DNA of 64,000 nucleotides from Octopus sinensis (GCF_006345805.1 NC_043000.1:62496001-62560000), one strand, 5' to 3'; positions 50,987-64,000 are shown, numbered from the stretch's first letter. Translations and numbers: made by a program. The notes: a model not told the origin generated them from the sequence alone.

Positions 50987-51352
50987 CTGCGCTCTTAACC
51001 ACTACGCCATATGCCCGTGAGCTATTGTGGAGTGAATTTTTAGGCTTTATAAATCTAATATTTTCCTATCTTTTCTTAATATGGGTTCCAATATGCTATT
51101 CATATCTGCACTCGATCTGCTTCATATCTGCACTGTGCTGCTACGTTTATCTTTTGTATTTAAACGAAAACTAAAAGAAGCAGAACATATGCTAGGAGAC
51201 AACAACCTCCTCAGCAGACCGAGAGCAGATATGAATAGCATATGGGGACTGGCATTTAGGAAAGATAGGAAAATTTTCGTTTTATAAGGCCTAAAAATTC
51301 ACTCCATAATTGCCCACGGGCATATGGCGTAGTAGTTAAGAGCGCAGGCTAC
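50987..51352. repeat. Diverged inverted repeat containing a tRNA-like SINE head
   Basis: About 50987-51070 vs 51267-51352 (GGGCATATGGCGTAGT[A/G]GTTAAGAGCGCAGG). Confidence 0.8.
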
Positions 51353-51370
51353 TAACCCCAAAACCTGAAT

Positions 51371-51405
<35 letters not shown>

Positions 51406-51429
51406 GATATAAGAATAATAACTGAAATG

Positions 51430-53214
51430 ACTAGTTCTGCCTGTTTTGGACAGACTGCTGTTTGTTTCAGTTCTTACAACCATTCAGCATCCTTCTTGTG
51501 CTCCTTGTCTTTGCTTCGATGTCACACCAAAACCTTTTCATCTGTACATCCTCCATTTATTTCTTTATAGAATCTCTTCTGATCTACTCTGAATCACCTA
51601 TTCTGGTGGTAATCCTTCATTCTTTGGTCATATCTTACCATCTTTGCTTTCATTGCGCTGTTTCAGTTCCTCCACTACTACTTTCAGCCGCCAACAAAAA
51701 GTCAACCATTTGTTATTCATGGATGACCTCAAACTTTATGGTAAAGATGAAGCCCAAGTCAGTTCCCCCGTTGATACGGTGTATACCTTCAGTGCTGATA
51801 TCAGAATGGAGTTCGGACTGAGAAAGTGTGGTGTGTTAGTATTGAAGATAGGCAAAATCAAATGTGTGGAAGGACTAACGATACCGTCGGGGAAGATTAT
51901 GAAGCTGATAGAAGAGACGGGGAGTATAAGTATAAGTATAAGTACTTGGGGATTTGGGAAATGGATAAATTAATGGAGAAAGAAATGACAGAAAAATTTA
52001 AGGTGGAGTACTTACGCAGACTGAGACAGATCCTTAAGTCGAAATTAAACGGACGGAACAAGATCGAAGCTATCACACCTGGGCGGTTTCACTCCTTAGA
52101 TATTGAGTGGGGTAATCGCATGGACAGTAGACTAAACAGCTTAGACAGAAATACAAGGAAGTTGCTAACTAGATATGGGTCACTCCACCTAAAAAGTGAC
52201 ACAGAATGACTGTATGTACCAAGAAAAAGAGAAGGAAGAGGACTTATTGGATGTGAACATAGCATTAGAGCAGAAGTAAACAACATAGCATGGTATGTAA
52301 AAAATGCCACAGAACCGCTGATATTAGAATAAGGAAGGTCAGACTTGTGTAGGGTGAAAGATTGCAAAAATAAAGTGCTAAACAAGAAATTGAAAACGAA
52401 TGAAACTGAAAATAGGTGGGCAAAGAAAAGAATGCATGGTCAATTTCATAGGGATAGAGAAAAAAGATGGCTGTGAATGACTAAAAGTTATTTAAAACCG
52501 GAAACGGAGGCTCTAATCTGTGCTACCCAAGAGCAAGCACTAAGAACAAACTACAAAAAATACAGAATAGACAACACATCACAAAGCAATAAGTGCAGAA
52601 TCTGTAGACAAAACGGTGAAACCGTATGGCATATTACCAGACAATGTATGCCACTAGCCCAGAAGGTATATAATAGACGCCACAACATTATAGCCAGGCT
52701 TGTCCATTGGACACTTTGCAACAAGTATGGACTTGACAGAATAAAAATTTGATACGACCACAAACCTGAATGCATTGTCGAAAATAGAAATGCAAAGATC
52801 CTATGGGATTTTATGATTCAATGCAACCATGAGATTGAGAATAGGAAGCCGGACATATTCTTAATTGAGAAAGAAAACAAACTATGTTGGATCATAGACA
52901 TAGCATGCCCAGCTGACAATAAAGTATGCTATAAGGAAGAAAGAAAAGTCGAGAGATATGACGGGTTAGCTTGGGAAGTTAAGCAGTTGTGGTTGATGGA
53001 AAAGGTAGAAGTAGTACCAATAATTGTCGGAGCCCTGGGAACAGTGAGCAAAAATCTCGAGAAGAACGTGGAACAAATAGGGGCTGCAATAAGGGTGGAG
53101 CACTTGCAGAAAACTGCACTGCTTGGAACTGTTCGAATACTCCGGAAGATGCTCGAAAAAAAAGAGGTGTTACCTTAGTTCAGTGGTAGTGAACAACTGA
53201 CTATTATAATAATA

Positions 53215-53270
<56 letters not shown>
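51430..53270 (+). mobile_element. R4/Dong-like RLE LINE no. 1: inverted N-terminal piece (about 51430-51690, minus) joined to RT-CCHC-RLE 3' half, (TAA)n tail
   Basis: HLLFMDDLKLYG; YKYLGI; CRIC...ETVWHI...C; RKPDI...IIDIACPAD...VVPIIVGALG; frameshifts and stops. Confidence 0.88.
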
Positions 53271-53274
<4 letters not shown>

Positions 53275-53279
53275 CAAAA

Positions 53280-56224
53280 AAAACAAAGAAAACAAAACCT
53301 GGGAAGAAATCAAACCTGGAGAAGTAAAATTGAAAGAGAGATTGAATTTATGAGAGGGGAAATATCAATATTAAATGAACTAATATGTGGAAATGATGTA
53401 AGATCCAGAACAGGAAGAAAGATGAAGAGAAAATTTGGATCCTCACCAAGAAAAGAACTGATATCAATAAAAGAAACGCTGAAACAAAAAGTCCAAGCAA
53501 AAGCCCAAAGAATACGAAGATTTGAGAAGAGAAACAAGTTTTACAAGCAAAATAAGCTGTTCACATCCAATGCCAAAAAATTCTACAGAGAAATAGGGAA
53601 GGAGAAAGTAACCGTTAAAGACCCCCCTCCCATAGAAGAAGTTCAAAACTTTTGGAAAAGGATTTGGAGTGACAAGAAGACGTACAACATAAATGCAGAC
53701 TGGATTATACAAACTGAAGGATCCTACCAAAATTTACAACAACAAGCATGGGAAGACATCACAATAGCAGACCTAAGAAAGGCACTCACGAAGGCCAATA
53801 ATTGGAAATCCCCCGGTAAAGATAGGGTGCCGAATTTCTGGCTCGCATCGCTCCCATGCGCTCACGGTAAGCTAGTTCAGCTGCTCAATGGAGACCCAAA
53901 GAAAACACCTGAATGGTTAGCAAGTGGCATTACTTACCTACTCCCAAAGAATAACGAAACCAACCTTCCAAAAAACTATCGGCCTATAACCTGTCTATCC
54001 ACCACGTATAAAATCCTAACATCTATCCTGGCGGAGAAAACATATGCATTCATGGAGAAAAACGATATTTTCCCCATTGAACAAAAAGGGTGCCGCCGAG
54101 GCTCTTACGGATGCAAAGATCAACTGCTAATCAATCGTATGATCCTTGAGAACTGTCACAACAAGCGCAGAAATCTCAGCACCGCATGGATTGACTACAA
54201 AAAGGCCTTCGACAGTATACCGCATCCATGGATCTTGAGATCGCTGGACATCTTCAAAATTCCCCCTGTGATTTCAAACTTCCTGAAGCACAATATGTCG
54301 TTGTGGAATACGAATCTCCAATTATACCACTTTAATGGAGTACTTGCCTCAGAAAATATAAACATCAACTGTGGAATTTTTCAAGGTGACTCACTTTCAC
54401 CTTTAATATTCTGCATAGCCCTAATACCCCTTACAAGTGAATTAAACAGAACAGGGTATGGGTATAAAATTGCCAATAAAAAAATAAGCCATCTATTTTA
54501 TATGGATGACTTAAAACTTTATGGTAAAGACAATAATGAACTTGAAGGCCTATTGCGCACCGTGAAAGCATTCAGTGATGACATCGGGATGGAGTTTGGA
54601 CTTGAGAAGTGTGCCAAAGCCACTTTCCAGAAAGGGAAAGTGAAGACCACAAATTCAGTCGTGTTAGATGTTGACACAGTCATAAGAGAGCTTGAGCAAG
54701 AACAAACATACAAATATTTAGGGATAAATGAAGGCTCTGGTATTCAGCATGCAAGCATGAAAGAGAAAATCAGGAAGGAATGTTATAGGAGAGTTCGTGC
54801 AGTCCTGAAATCTGAACTAAATGCACGTAACAAGGTGTTAGCTATAAATTCCTTAGCAGTTCCAGTTGTTACTTATAGCTACAATGTGTTGAACTGGAAT
54901 ATGAGTGAAGTAAAGAATATAGATAGAAAAATACGCAAGCTGCTGAGTTGTAATAGGATGCACCACCCAAAGGCAGACGTAGATCGCCTTTACCTTCCAG
55001 AGCCCAAGGAGGTCGAGGCCTGATCCAATTTGAACTAGCTTACAAAACAACCACAATTGGACTGGCCAAATATCTCGAAATATCGAATGACTGGATGCTA
55101 AAGCTCGTGGAAAATCACGAGAGACGAAAGAAGCTTCATTCTATCATAAAGGAAAGCAAAAAATTTGCTATTGATCTCGTGCAGGATACCTAAACTGAAC
55201 AACCCGAGGGAAGTACGGCAACTATTGTTGCAAAGAAGGTGAAAATGATGGCAATGAAAAAAGCGCACGAGCAATTGGCTGATAGGTGGGAGGAGAAACC
55301 TCTGCACGGCAAATATGTGACCCGCAGCAAACAAGCTGATGTTGACCAGAAGCAAACCCATCAGTGGCTACGGAGCTCAGGGCTAAAAGCAGAGAGCGAA
55401 GGTTTCATCCTGGCTGCTCAAGATCAAAGCCTATTAACCCGGAACTACCAGGCCAATGTGATGAAAAATGGAGCAGACCCAAAATGCCGATTCTGCAACG
55501 ACATGATTGAAACAGTGGACCACCTAATCTCTGGATGTAAAGTCTTAGCACCAGTGGAGTATAAATTAAGACATGACAGAGTTGGCCAATATCTCCACTG
55601 GCTAATAAGTCGGCATTACAATATCAAAACTGCCGACAAGTGGTATAATCACCACCCTGAGGCTGTAACTGAAGGAGAAAATGTAACCATTCTGTGGGAC
55701 TTTCCAGTACAGACCGAACCATCAAGGCCAATAAACCAGATATTGTTGTGAAAGACCAAAACAATAAAGTTTGCTTATTGATCGACATGAGCATCCCCTG
55801 TGATCATAATATCTCAGCGAAAGAGTTTGACAAGCTCAGAAAATATAAAGACCTACTCATTGAAATTGAGAAAATGTGGCATCTCAAGGCGGTTACAATA
55901 CCAGTGATCGTAGGAGCACTAGGAATGATCAAGAAGGGAACCGAAAATTATATGAGAATGATCCCTGGCTTACCATCCCTGCAAGAAGTGCAAAAGATTG
56001 TCTTAACTGGTACATCACACGTATTGAGAAGAGCATTGTCGATGTGAGAACTGTTGCTGCTCATGTATTTTAATTTAACTTAAAAAAAAAAAAAGAAAAA
56101 AAAAATGAACGAACTACTGAGTTTGGTTTAATGGCCTACCAATGTATACTATGAGTTTCTTTGCCCTAGGAGTCGGGAAGACACTCGGCAAGAAATGGAA
56201 GCAAATTTGAAAGAAGAAAAAAAA

Positions 56225-56282
<58 letters not shown>
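53280..56282 (+). mobile_element. R4/Dong-like RLE LINE no. 2, 5'-truncated, (TAA)n tail
   Basis: 557-aa open frame covering the RT, then CCHC and RLE in shifted frames, 3' UTR with an A-run and (TAA)n at 56226-56282. Confidence 0.92.
53350..56047 (+). pseudogene. Disrupted RT-CCHC-RLE ORF of the R4/Dong-like element
   Basis: YRPITCL, WIDYKKAFDS, GIFQGDSLSPL, LFYMDDLKLY, YKYLG; CRFC...ETVDHLISGC; KPDIVVKD...LIDMSIP.D...KYKDL; a few frameshifts or stops near 55000, 55190 and 55710. Confidence 0.92.
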
Positions 56283-56286
<4 letters not shown>

Positions 56287-56304
56287 AACAACAACAACAA
56301 CATC

Positions 56305-56480
56305 GAAAAATACCCTAGGAATGAGAACTCAGGTTCGAAATTTCCCCCAAAACACCTGATGAAGGCTGGAGAGTATATCAGCCGAAACGTTGTGTTAACA
56401 ACAAACAAGATGAGGACAAATATCCGTCAAATGTGAATAATGTAAACAATGTACATAATTCCTCATCTCTTAACTATAGA
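56305..56480 (+). mobile_element. PLE pLTR-like repeat; same family as 50876-50990 (-)
   Basis: AGGTTCGAAATTTCCC...CCTGATGAAGGC...GACAAATATCCGTCAAATGT shared with the inverted copy at 50876-50990. Confidence 0.7.
56351..56396 (+). ncRNA. Minimal type I hammerhead with an extra A after A9
   Basis: AACAC CTGATGA A GGCTG GAGAGTATAT CAGCC GAAA CGT T GTGTT; 5-bp stems I and II, loop-less palindromic ACGT stem III. Confidence 0.75.
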
Positions 56481-57288
56481 ACTGTAAAAGCTCATTTATT
56501 CTCTCTTCCCACATATCCTGAGCATAAACTAACAGTGAATGCGGCATTAAGCTAAATTGGCATGGAGCTTTCTTAAAGATGCCTATAGCTTTCTCTAGTA
56601 TAGCAAAACTCTTTTTTAAAAGTCAATTCTTTGGGACGAATAATATGTGATTGTATAAAAAATAAGGCTAGAATGACAATGCTAAAACGTATCTAAAACA
56701 ATGGACAACAGTCGAAATATCATATGGATGGGTAAATAAGTATCCTTAAAGTGATACAACGCATTGGTAGGTAAACAAATGAATCAACAAATAGAAGGCA
56801 GGGCAGGGAACATCACCTTTCAAGTAACCTAGAATAGGTAAAGGTAAGCTTGCCAAAAGTTTAATGCAGTTTAAATATCGAGATTAAGATTATTTGGTAT
56901 TGGATATTCATCACGTACAGTGTTCCTAGTCAATTTAATCACCGTGGCAGGTAAACAGACAAAAATAAATAGACAAAATCCTTTCACTTTTATGAAAAGA
57001 TTAAAAGAGTATTGAAGATCCTACAGGTTCTAAAACAGCTGATTAATACAAAAGAATAGGAATCATCTATTGTTGGTTTCCCAACGGTCTAGTCGCCCCA
57101 GTATAGATTTTTTTAAATTCTAAGTAGCCTATGCCTATGTTAGGGTCTGGGATATGAAGCAGCTGTGTATAAAATTTTAAAGAAAGCGAATGAAAGATGT
57201 AGAAGTTATTGGGGTACATTAAATTTTTGTACACCTACCCACACACAGAAAACTTCAATTTTATATATGTTGGATAGATATGTGTGTA

Positions 57289-57345
<57 letters not shown>

Positions 57346-60064
57346 AGAGAAGGAGGAAAGTAGCAAAATTGACGTACATACGTTATTTATTCAAAGATAT
57401 CCGGATTCGTGTTGAGAAATTTTTGCCTACAGCTGTTTCCACACCCAATCAGTTCAATTACAAAAATAAAATACTTTAATTCAAATTTCCATATCTGAAA
57501 CCAGTCAATTGGGTATTTCTTCATAGAGAATTTCTAAAAGGAGGTTACATTTTGACGTGTAGATTAACCTACGACAAACTCAGATGTGTGTGTTTTCTTG
57601 ACTGCAAGCGTTTCATAACGTATGTATGTATGCGTGCATTTATAAAGAGAGAGAAAGGGGAAGAGAGTGCTTTAATCTATGTGTTATTACGCAGCATGAA
57701 TTTAAATGTATAAATAAATATATTTCACTACAAATAAACAATACTTCTTCTAAATCAGAATGCCACAATAGTAAAATAGATCACCGCAGCTTCAAATTTA
57801 TAATTTATGAAGACTGGTTTAATTAGCAGAAGAAATTTAATAGATTTTAAAAAGTACAGACTTTATTTTCATCTTTTTGACTTCAATATCAAACCCCTTC
57901 GCTGTTAAATTTGACTCTCATCTCTCTGTGCCCCTCTGTAAAACATTCTCTCCTTCTTAGCACTAGTATAGTACCTGTAGATATTTCTGCGATTAAAGCA
58001 GCAGCTATAGTGGTATGGAAGGAAAGGGAGAGATAACCAAGGTGAGGAAGGATGAAACTATGTACAGCTGTTTTTATCAACCCTCTGACAGACAATGACA
58101 TTGAGCAACTGAGTATGCAGTCCGAAACAGCGCATCGAGAAATTGTGGTATTCGCAAATAGAAATCATTGTCCGAGTGTCTGTACTTCAGTGAACTGCAT
58201 TAAAGGAACCCAAGGCAATATGATAGTCCTAAACTAAGTGTTGTGTTTAGTTTACCACCTAAAAACATGCTTGAAACGACATAGCATTCTATTGTTGTAT
58301 CAGTCCAAAAAAATTGGCTCAAGACCTCGACTGACCTGTGGGGTGGTAAGCGTACCGTACTATAAATTATATCCGTGAATGGATTTGAGTTTAGATTTGC
58401 AAGGCAGGCAAACAATTTTCAGTAATTCAGTACTCTAAATGTTAATGAATGCTGAGATGGACTACCCGTTACACACTTACCCGGATATTTTTTTTATTTT
58501 ATGTAATGTAATGCATTTGAGTATATAAGTTTTTCTTAAGCCTTTGTGGCCAAGGTTATATTGGAATGCTAGTTGGAGATCCAGTATTTTTGATTGATGC
58601 TTTTTTTATTTTTTCTTATCTTGCTAATTCTCTTGAAAAAGTGCTGTGCTTTACATTTTCATGCTTTTCATTTTCTCGCTTTTTTTTTCAGCTTGATATT
58701 AATGTAGGAAATCAATAATTAACATTTACAGCAATAATTGTGCAAAATACTTTAGAATTATGATAACGGCAATGCCAATAGCAACTTATTTTCCTTTTTC
58801 ACTCTATTCATTTAGATATATCTTAAAGAATTTGGAAGCGTTCACTTGATCGTATCAGTTAATGGTTCTTATCTATAAAGACAATTAAGAATTCCTAAAA
58901 TAGATTCTTAAAAAAGAACTTTAAAAAAATGCTCACAAAATAAAAGTGATAACAGTCTTTTTAAAAAAAATAATTTGCTTGTCCTATTAAAACTTGAAGA
59001 TAAATTTAATAAGATGCATGTTCCAAGAAACAAAGAAACAAAAGAATATATAGCTGAGCGGATATACTAGGAATATCCTGCTTAATAAACACAGTGCAGC
59101 ATAGTTAGGAGATGATGAATTATCAAGTCTTTCATTAAGCAATCTTATACCATAATTTCATTAGCAAATGACTCCCGTTAAATCACTGAGCGCATAAAAT
59201 AGAAATTACTTTGGTAAACTTCGTTGGTTTTATGTTTGAGAAAATTTACGATATAATAGATTAGAAAATGCAGTTTACACTAAAAATTTAAAACATATGG
59301 GTGTACCACAAAGGACATACGCATCGCCTGCGTATGAACAAGGAAAAAAATTAACGAAACTCTAATTCTATGAATTTATATGTATGTGACTTATTTTAAT
59401 TTAGCGTTTTTTTGGAATTAAAGTTCAAACCGTTACTTTTATCGCATTTAGTGATTAGTGATTTTAAATTCAAATGTTGGGGAAATTTCGTCTGCAATCC
59501 AGAAAACCTCAACTCTAAAAAGACATTCAACTTGCAATAAATAGCGGCCAAATCGACCACAAATTACACTTTACTTTCTTAAAAAGAAAAAAGAAGAAAT
59601 ATTCGATAATGCATTCCTTGACCTGAAAATGAGAAAATAGAGATGGTCTTGATCGGAATATTTTTCATGAAACGACTGCTTGACCCAAGAAAAACTATTC
59701 AGCAAAACTCATGATGATTTGATGGCTGGAAGCATAGATGCTAATATGCCTGCCGGAAGGGATAACTGGAGGAACTTTATGTCTCATCTGTTTCACTCTA
59801 CAAAAACCGATTAGCAGGGAATAAGCATCAGTCTAGAAAAAACAGATGGTTCGCAAAGTGTTTTTGTCAATACCAGTACATCAAGCCTCAGGTCAAATGT
59901 AGATATTACGAGTACCAGTAAAATGTCCTGTTGTCGTTTCACTGTATTTGCCTTCCTCGGTAAAAGCTTCTGTGCGTAGGTGTGAGTATGATCAGTTAAA
60001 AGAAGTCAGTATTTTTCTCATTAACAAAATTAAGCCACTCAATTTCAATATAATACAAACAGAA

Positions 60065-60282
60065 GGCGACGAGCTGCCAGAACCGTTAGCACGCTGGAAA
60101 AAAAATACTTAACGGCATTTCGTCTGTCTTTACGTTTTAATTTCAAATTCCGCCCTGGTCGACTTTGTCTTTCATCCTTTCGGTGTTGATAAAGTAAGTA
60201 GCAGCTGTGTACTGAGGTCGATGTAATTGACTTATTCCCTCTTCCGAACTTACTGTTCCTGTGTCAGACTTTCAAAGCAATA
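60065..60282 (+). mobile_element. SINE family A copy
   Basis: GGCGACGAGCTGCCAGAACCGTTAGCACGC...TTCAAATTCCGCC... Confidence 0.7.
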
Positions 60283-60548
60283 TAATATTAATTGTATTCT
60301 ATAAAACAGTCAGTATTGTACGAATTGGTGCAAAAGGTTAAAAATATCCCTTAGACAACTGTAAAAAAAGAAGCGTCCATAACATCCCGCTATGAACTTA
60401 CTTCTATCAAAATTAATATTTCAGTCAGTAAATATCTAACAATTGTGAGCAAAATGCATTAACAGAAAGACTTGTAGAAAAAATTATATATACAAGCTTT
60501 GAAAGGGCAAAGAAATAGAGTATAAAGAAAAATCTCTCCCACTCTCTT

Positions 60549-60595
<47 letters not shown>

Positions 60596-60696
60596 GTGTG
60601 TGTGTGTGTGTGTGTGTGTATACATATTTATATATGCATATATATATATATATATATATACATGCTTTCATGTATGTGAATGTAAATATATGTATG

Positions 60697-60762
<66 letters not shown>

Positions 60763-60880
60763 TAAGAGAAGAGATAGTTAGACAGACAGATAGATAAATA
60801 AACAGATGCATTCGTATAAGTATGTGAATACTATACATAGGTATATGTGTAATGTGTAGGTGTGTGTAGGTGTGTGTGTG

Positions 60881-60927
<47 letters not shown>

Positions 60928-62080
60928 TGTGTGTGTGTGTGTGTTGTTGTCATCTACTGTTCTAACCTGAAATTCATTGCTGTCCTTTTTAAAATGCTTC
61001 ATGGCCCACTCATCTCGAGGCAATCATTCAGATATAAGGAAAGGTCATCAATTCTTTCCAAATCCATGAGCCTGATATGTCCTTGTCGGAATTCTATGCA
61101 CGTCGAGAATTGATGACGATTGTAAAAGTGAAGTACATCGCTTCATCGAAATATAAACTATTATATGAATTATATCTAGCATTTAAAGAGATGTAAATAC
61201 TTTATTTCAACGAAGCTTATACATCTGAAGACCACTATTAAATAATATAAGTCGGGCGTAATTTATCTCATGTACATAATCTGCATGCATGCATTAAAAT
61301 AATGCATTTGGAGGTAAGCTTAAACGGTTGTAGCATTACAATATTGTATCTTTTTAAAACATTTTTACTGCTTTTTCCCTCTACATTCTCATTTCAAACC
61401 CAGTTAGAGACGACTTAGTCATTAAATAACTTCAAGGAAAGACAAAACGTTTAATAATGATAATATAGTGACCTTGTTATGAGGAATTTAGTGTGGGGAT
61501 TGAAAAAGAGGCAGATTAATAGTTATGTGTAATAACAATGGACGGTTTTAATATCTTTAAGCTTGTCCAATTCCATGATTAAGAAAAATTATATGATTGC
61601 AAGCTATTTGGTTTTCGTTTTAATAAAAAAAAAACAATAAAAAATATGCTGAAAGCCAATCTTTTGAGGCTTTCACCACATCAATGAAAATCTTGAGCAA
61701 AATTTTCTAAATTTCAAAACATAAGTTTTATACATTTGTATGTATGTATATGTAAGTATGTGAGGGTATGCTTGTATGTATATGTGTTTATGTTTTATGT
61801 AAAGCTTACAACTTTTCCGCTCAACTTTCTCCTGATGTCACCAAATGATGTAACAGCGCTTACGCACTTTAATGAGTTCAACTAAGTGCAAAACTTGAAA
61901 TAACATAAAAGCAGATGTATACATACACGCACACACACACCATCACACACACACGCCATCACACACACACACATACACACACACACACATATATACACAC
62001 ACACACATACACACACACACAAATACATACATACATAATTATGTATGTGTGTGTGTACGCCGCACCCATACATACATATA

Positions 62081-62929
62081 TACGCGGTCTAATCAATAAG
62101 TACTCGGACTCTTGCCATAGTAACGAAGTTAAAGCACGCGGTGTGAAGCCGCTAGGCAAACATTGGCCTTGAACTCTACTCTGCATGTACACTAGGTTTC
62201 AACGTTCTAGCTCACTTCTGCTGTTTACAGCAGTGCTTGGAAGGAAGGTGTGTAGCGCGTAATCGTCGAATTGACCATGACAGAGTAAGTTGCCATAGCC
62301 ATACCTACACAGAGGCCTACACAAAGTTGCAGAAAGTGTATGATGTGGACGAGTGGTTCAGATGTTTCCAAGATGGCTGAAAAAATGTCGATATTGACAA
62401 ACGTTCTGGGAGACCCGCAAACAGCAGAACTGAGCAAAACATCGCAGATGTGCGTGCAGCTATGAGGGGAAATCATCGAATCACCATCCGTGAGTTATTA
62501 GAGGATTAGTTACGGCTCAGTTCAATCCATTATTACTGAAGATTTCGGTATGAGACGTGTCTGCCAAGTTTGTGACGAAACTGCTTTCAGCTGACCAAAA
62601 TGACACTTGGGTTTCAGTTGCACAAGATCTCCTTTATTGTGTCAAGAACGACGAAAACTTTTTGAAAATTTTGCATAGGCCTCTGAGCTGGTATTGCCAA
62701 GCTTTTGGCAAAATTTGATGCAGATTTTCTGCTCAACTTTCTGTCATGATCAGTGAGACGATCACACGCTACACAGGTACTTTTCAAGCATTGCCGTAAA
62801 CAGCGGAAGTGAATTAGAACGTTAAAACTTAGTGCACATGCACAGCAGAGTTCAAGGTCAATCTGTGCCAAGCGGCTTTGATCTGCGTGCTTTAGCTTCG
62901 TTACTCTGGCAACAGTCCAGATACTTATG
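62081..62929 (+). mobile_element. Internally deleted mariner element (N-terminal HTH region retained)
   Basis: EWFRCFQDG...DKRSGRP...ENI-like...RITIREL; partial TIRs (AATAAGTACTCGGACT / AGTCCAGATACTTATG). Confidence 0.7.
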
Positions 62930-63577
62930 CAATTTTTACCTTTTCGACTTTGATAAAATAAGTATCTGTTAAATACTTAGGTTGTTAAAATCAATTGCTC
63001 ATACTCTAAGAAATGTGACGTCTTGTGCTTATGTTAGAAATCGACATTTAGATACACCCGTTTTATTTTTTAAACTCCAGTTCCGCCGGAGACTACTTTG
63101 CTTGTCTATCTTTCAGGGATCGACAGGTACTAGTTATATGCAGAGCTCGTTTCCCACCACCTGCCTCACACTAAAAGAAATATTGTCAGCTTTTCCTTAT
63201 GGTTATGAATTCATTCATGTTTGATAGTATTAATTCAGTTTCTTATTCCCATAAATTTACTTCAATAGCAAAACTTTAAATAGCTGTAAGATATTGCACA
63301 ACGAAGGCAGAGATTTCACAAAAGATAGTTCTATAAACAAGAACAATTAAGTTTTCTACAATCTACTTTTGTTAATTATTCTGCTCAACGTGCTGTTTAG
63401 TTTCAGGTCGCTTTTACGTGTTGCTACAAGTAAATCGTGTCCTGACATAAGACACCTGAAGTTATCGTCAATTTACGTGTCGTGCACTAACTTCTGTAGA
63501 TTTATTGAAACTTTAAATTACTACCTTGGTTTAGTTTACTCTTTTATATGCAACGTCTATGTCCATATATGTTACTG

Positions 63578-63578
<1 letters not shown>

Positions 63579-63608
<30 letters not shown>

Positions 63609-63710
63609 TGTATGTATGTATGTATGTATGTATGTATGTATGTATGTATGTATGTATGCATGTGTGTGTGTATGTATGTATGTATGTATGCATGTATGTA
63701 TGTATGTGTG
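63579..63710. repeat. (ATGT)n microsatellite
   Basis: Direct reading. Confidence 0.95.
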
Positions 63711-63843
63711 CGTATATATACAAAAGTTCATTCCTCTTCCATTCAACATTTCTCCGACCACACCAAGTGATATAAGAACGATTATGCAATTTAATGAGTT
63801 TAATTCTGCTCAAAACTGTAGTAGAAAAATATATATGCATACA

Positions 63844-63886
<43 letters not shown>

Positions 63887-64000
63887 TGTAGTGTTATATT
63901 TCGGGACGGTTATTTTATTTTGTCAAATAAACTTAAGTACAATATATTCGTTCTTCACTTGTTTATTATTATTGTTGTTGTTGTTGTTGTTGTTGTTTTA

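Noticed and set aside
51315-51362. tRNA gene (GGGCATATGGCGTAGTAGTTAAGAGCGC...)
   Set aside because: Truncated before the T-arm; SINE head only. The other tRNA-like heads also lack complete cloverleaves.
57890-58420. Possible piggyBac remnant (LSQFFWTDTTIECYV)
   Set aside because: Only a faint resemblance; no TTAA-bounded TIRs or catalytic motifs found.

Overview
Very AT-rich, microsatellite-laden metazoan DNA. The SINE, LINE and mariner content and the neuropeptide sequence point to a coleoid cephalopod, most likely Octopus (inference from repeat content, not a database match). Only one host coding region is well supported: a 134-aa molluscan cholecystokinin/sulfakinin-type (GGGRF-amide) neuropeptide precursor at 35114-35518 (+). 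It lies wholly in one exon behind a splice acceptor at 35108-35109. The rest is transposon debris: RTE, CR1-like, L1/Tx1-like and R4/Dong-like (RLE) LINE remnants, at least four mariner remnants, Helitrons, tRNA-like SINEs and a Penelope-like (PLE) GIY-YIG fragment. The most notable unexplained layer is a set of about 10 well-formed and about 5 degenerate type I hammerhead ribozyme motifs, read by eye on both strands. They include U3-A8 covariant and extra-A variants, a 389-nt tandem dimer and two-ribozyme palindromes. Most sit in or beside (TA)n tracts, and many adjoin inverted duplications of neighbouring DNA. All folds and alignments were done manually; coordinates of degenerate elements are approximate.
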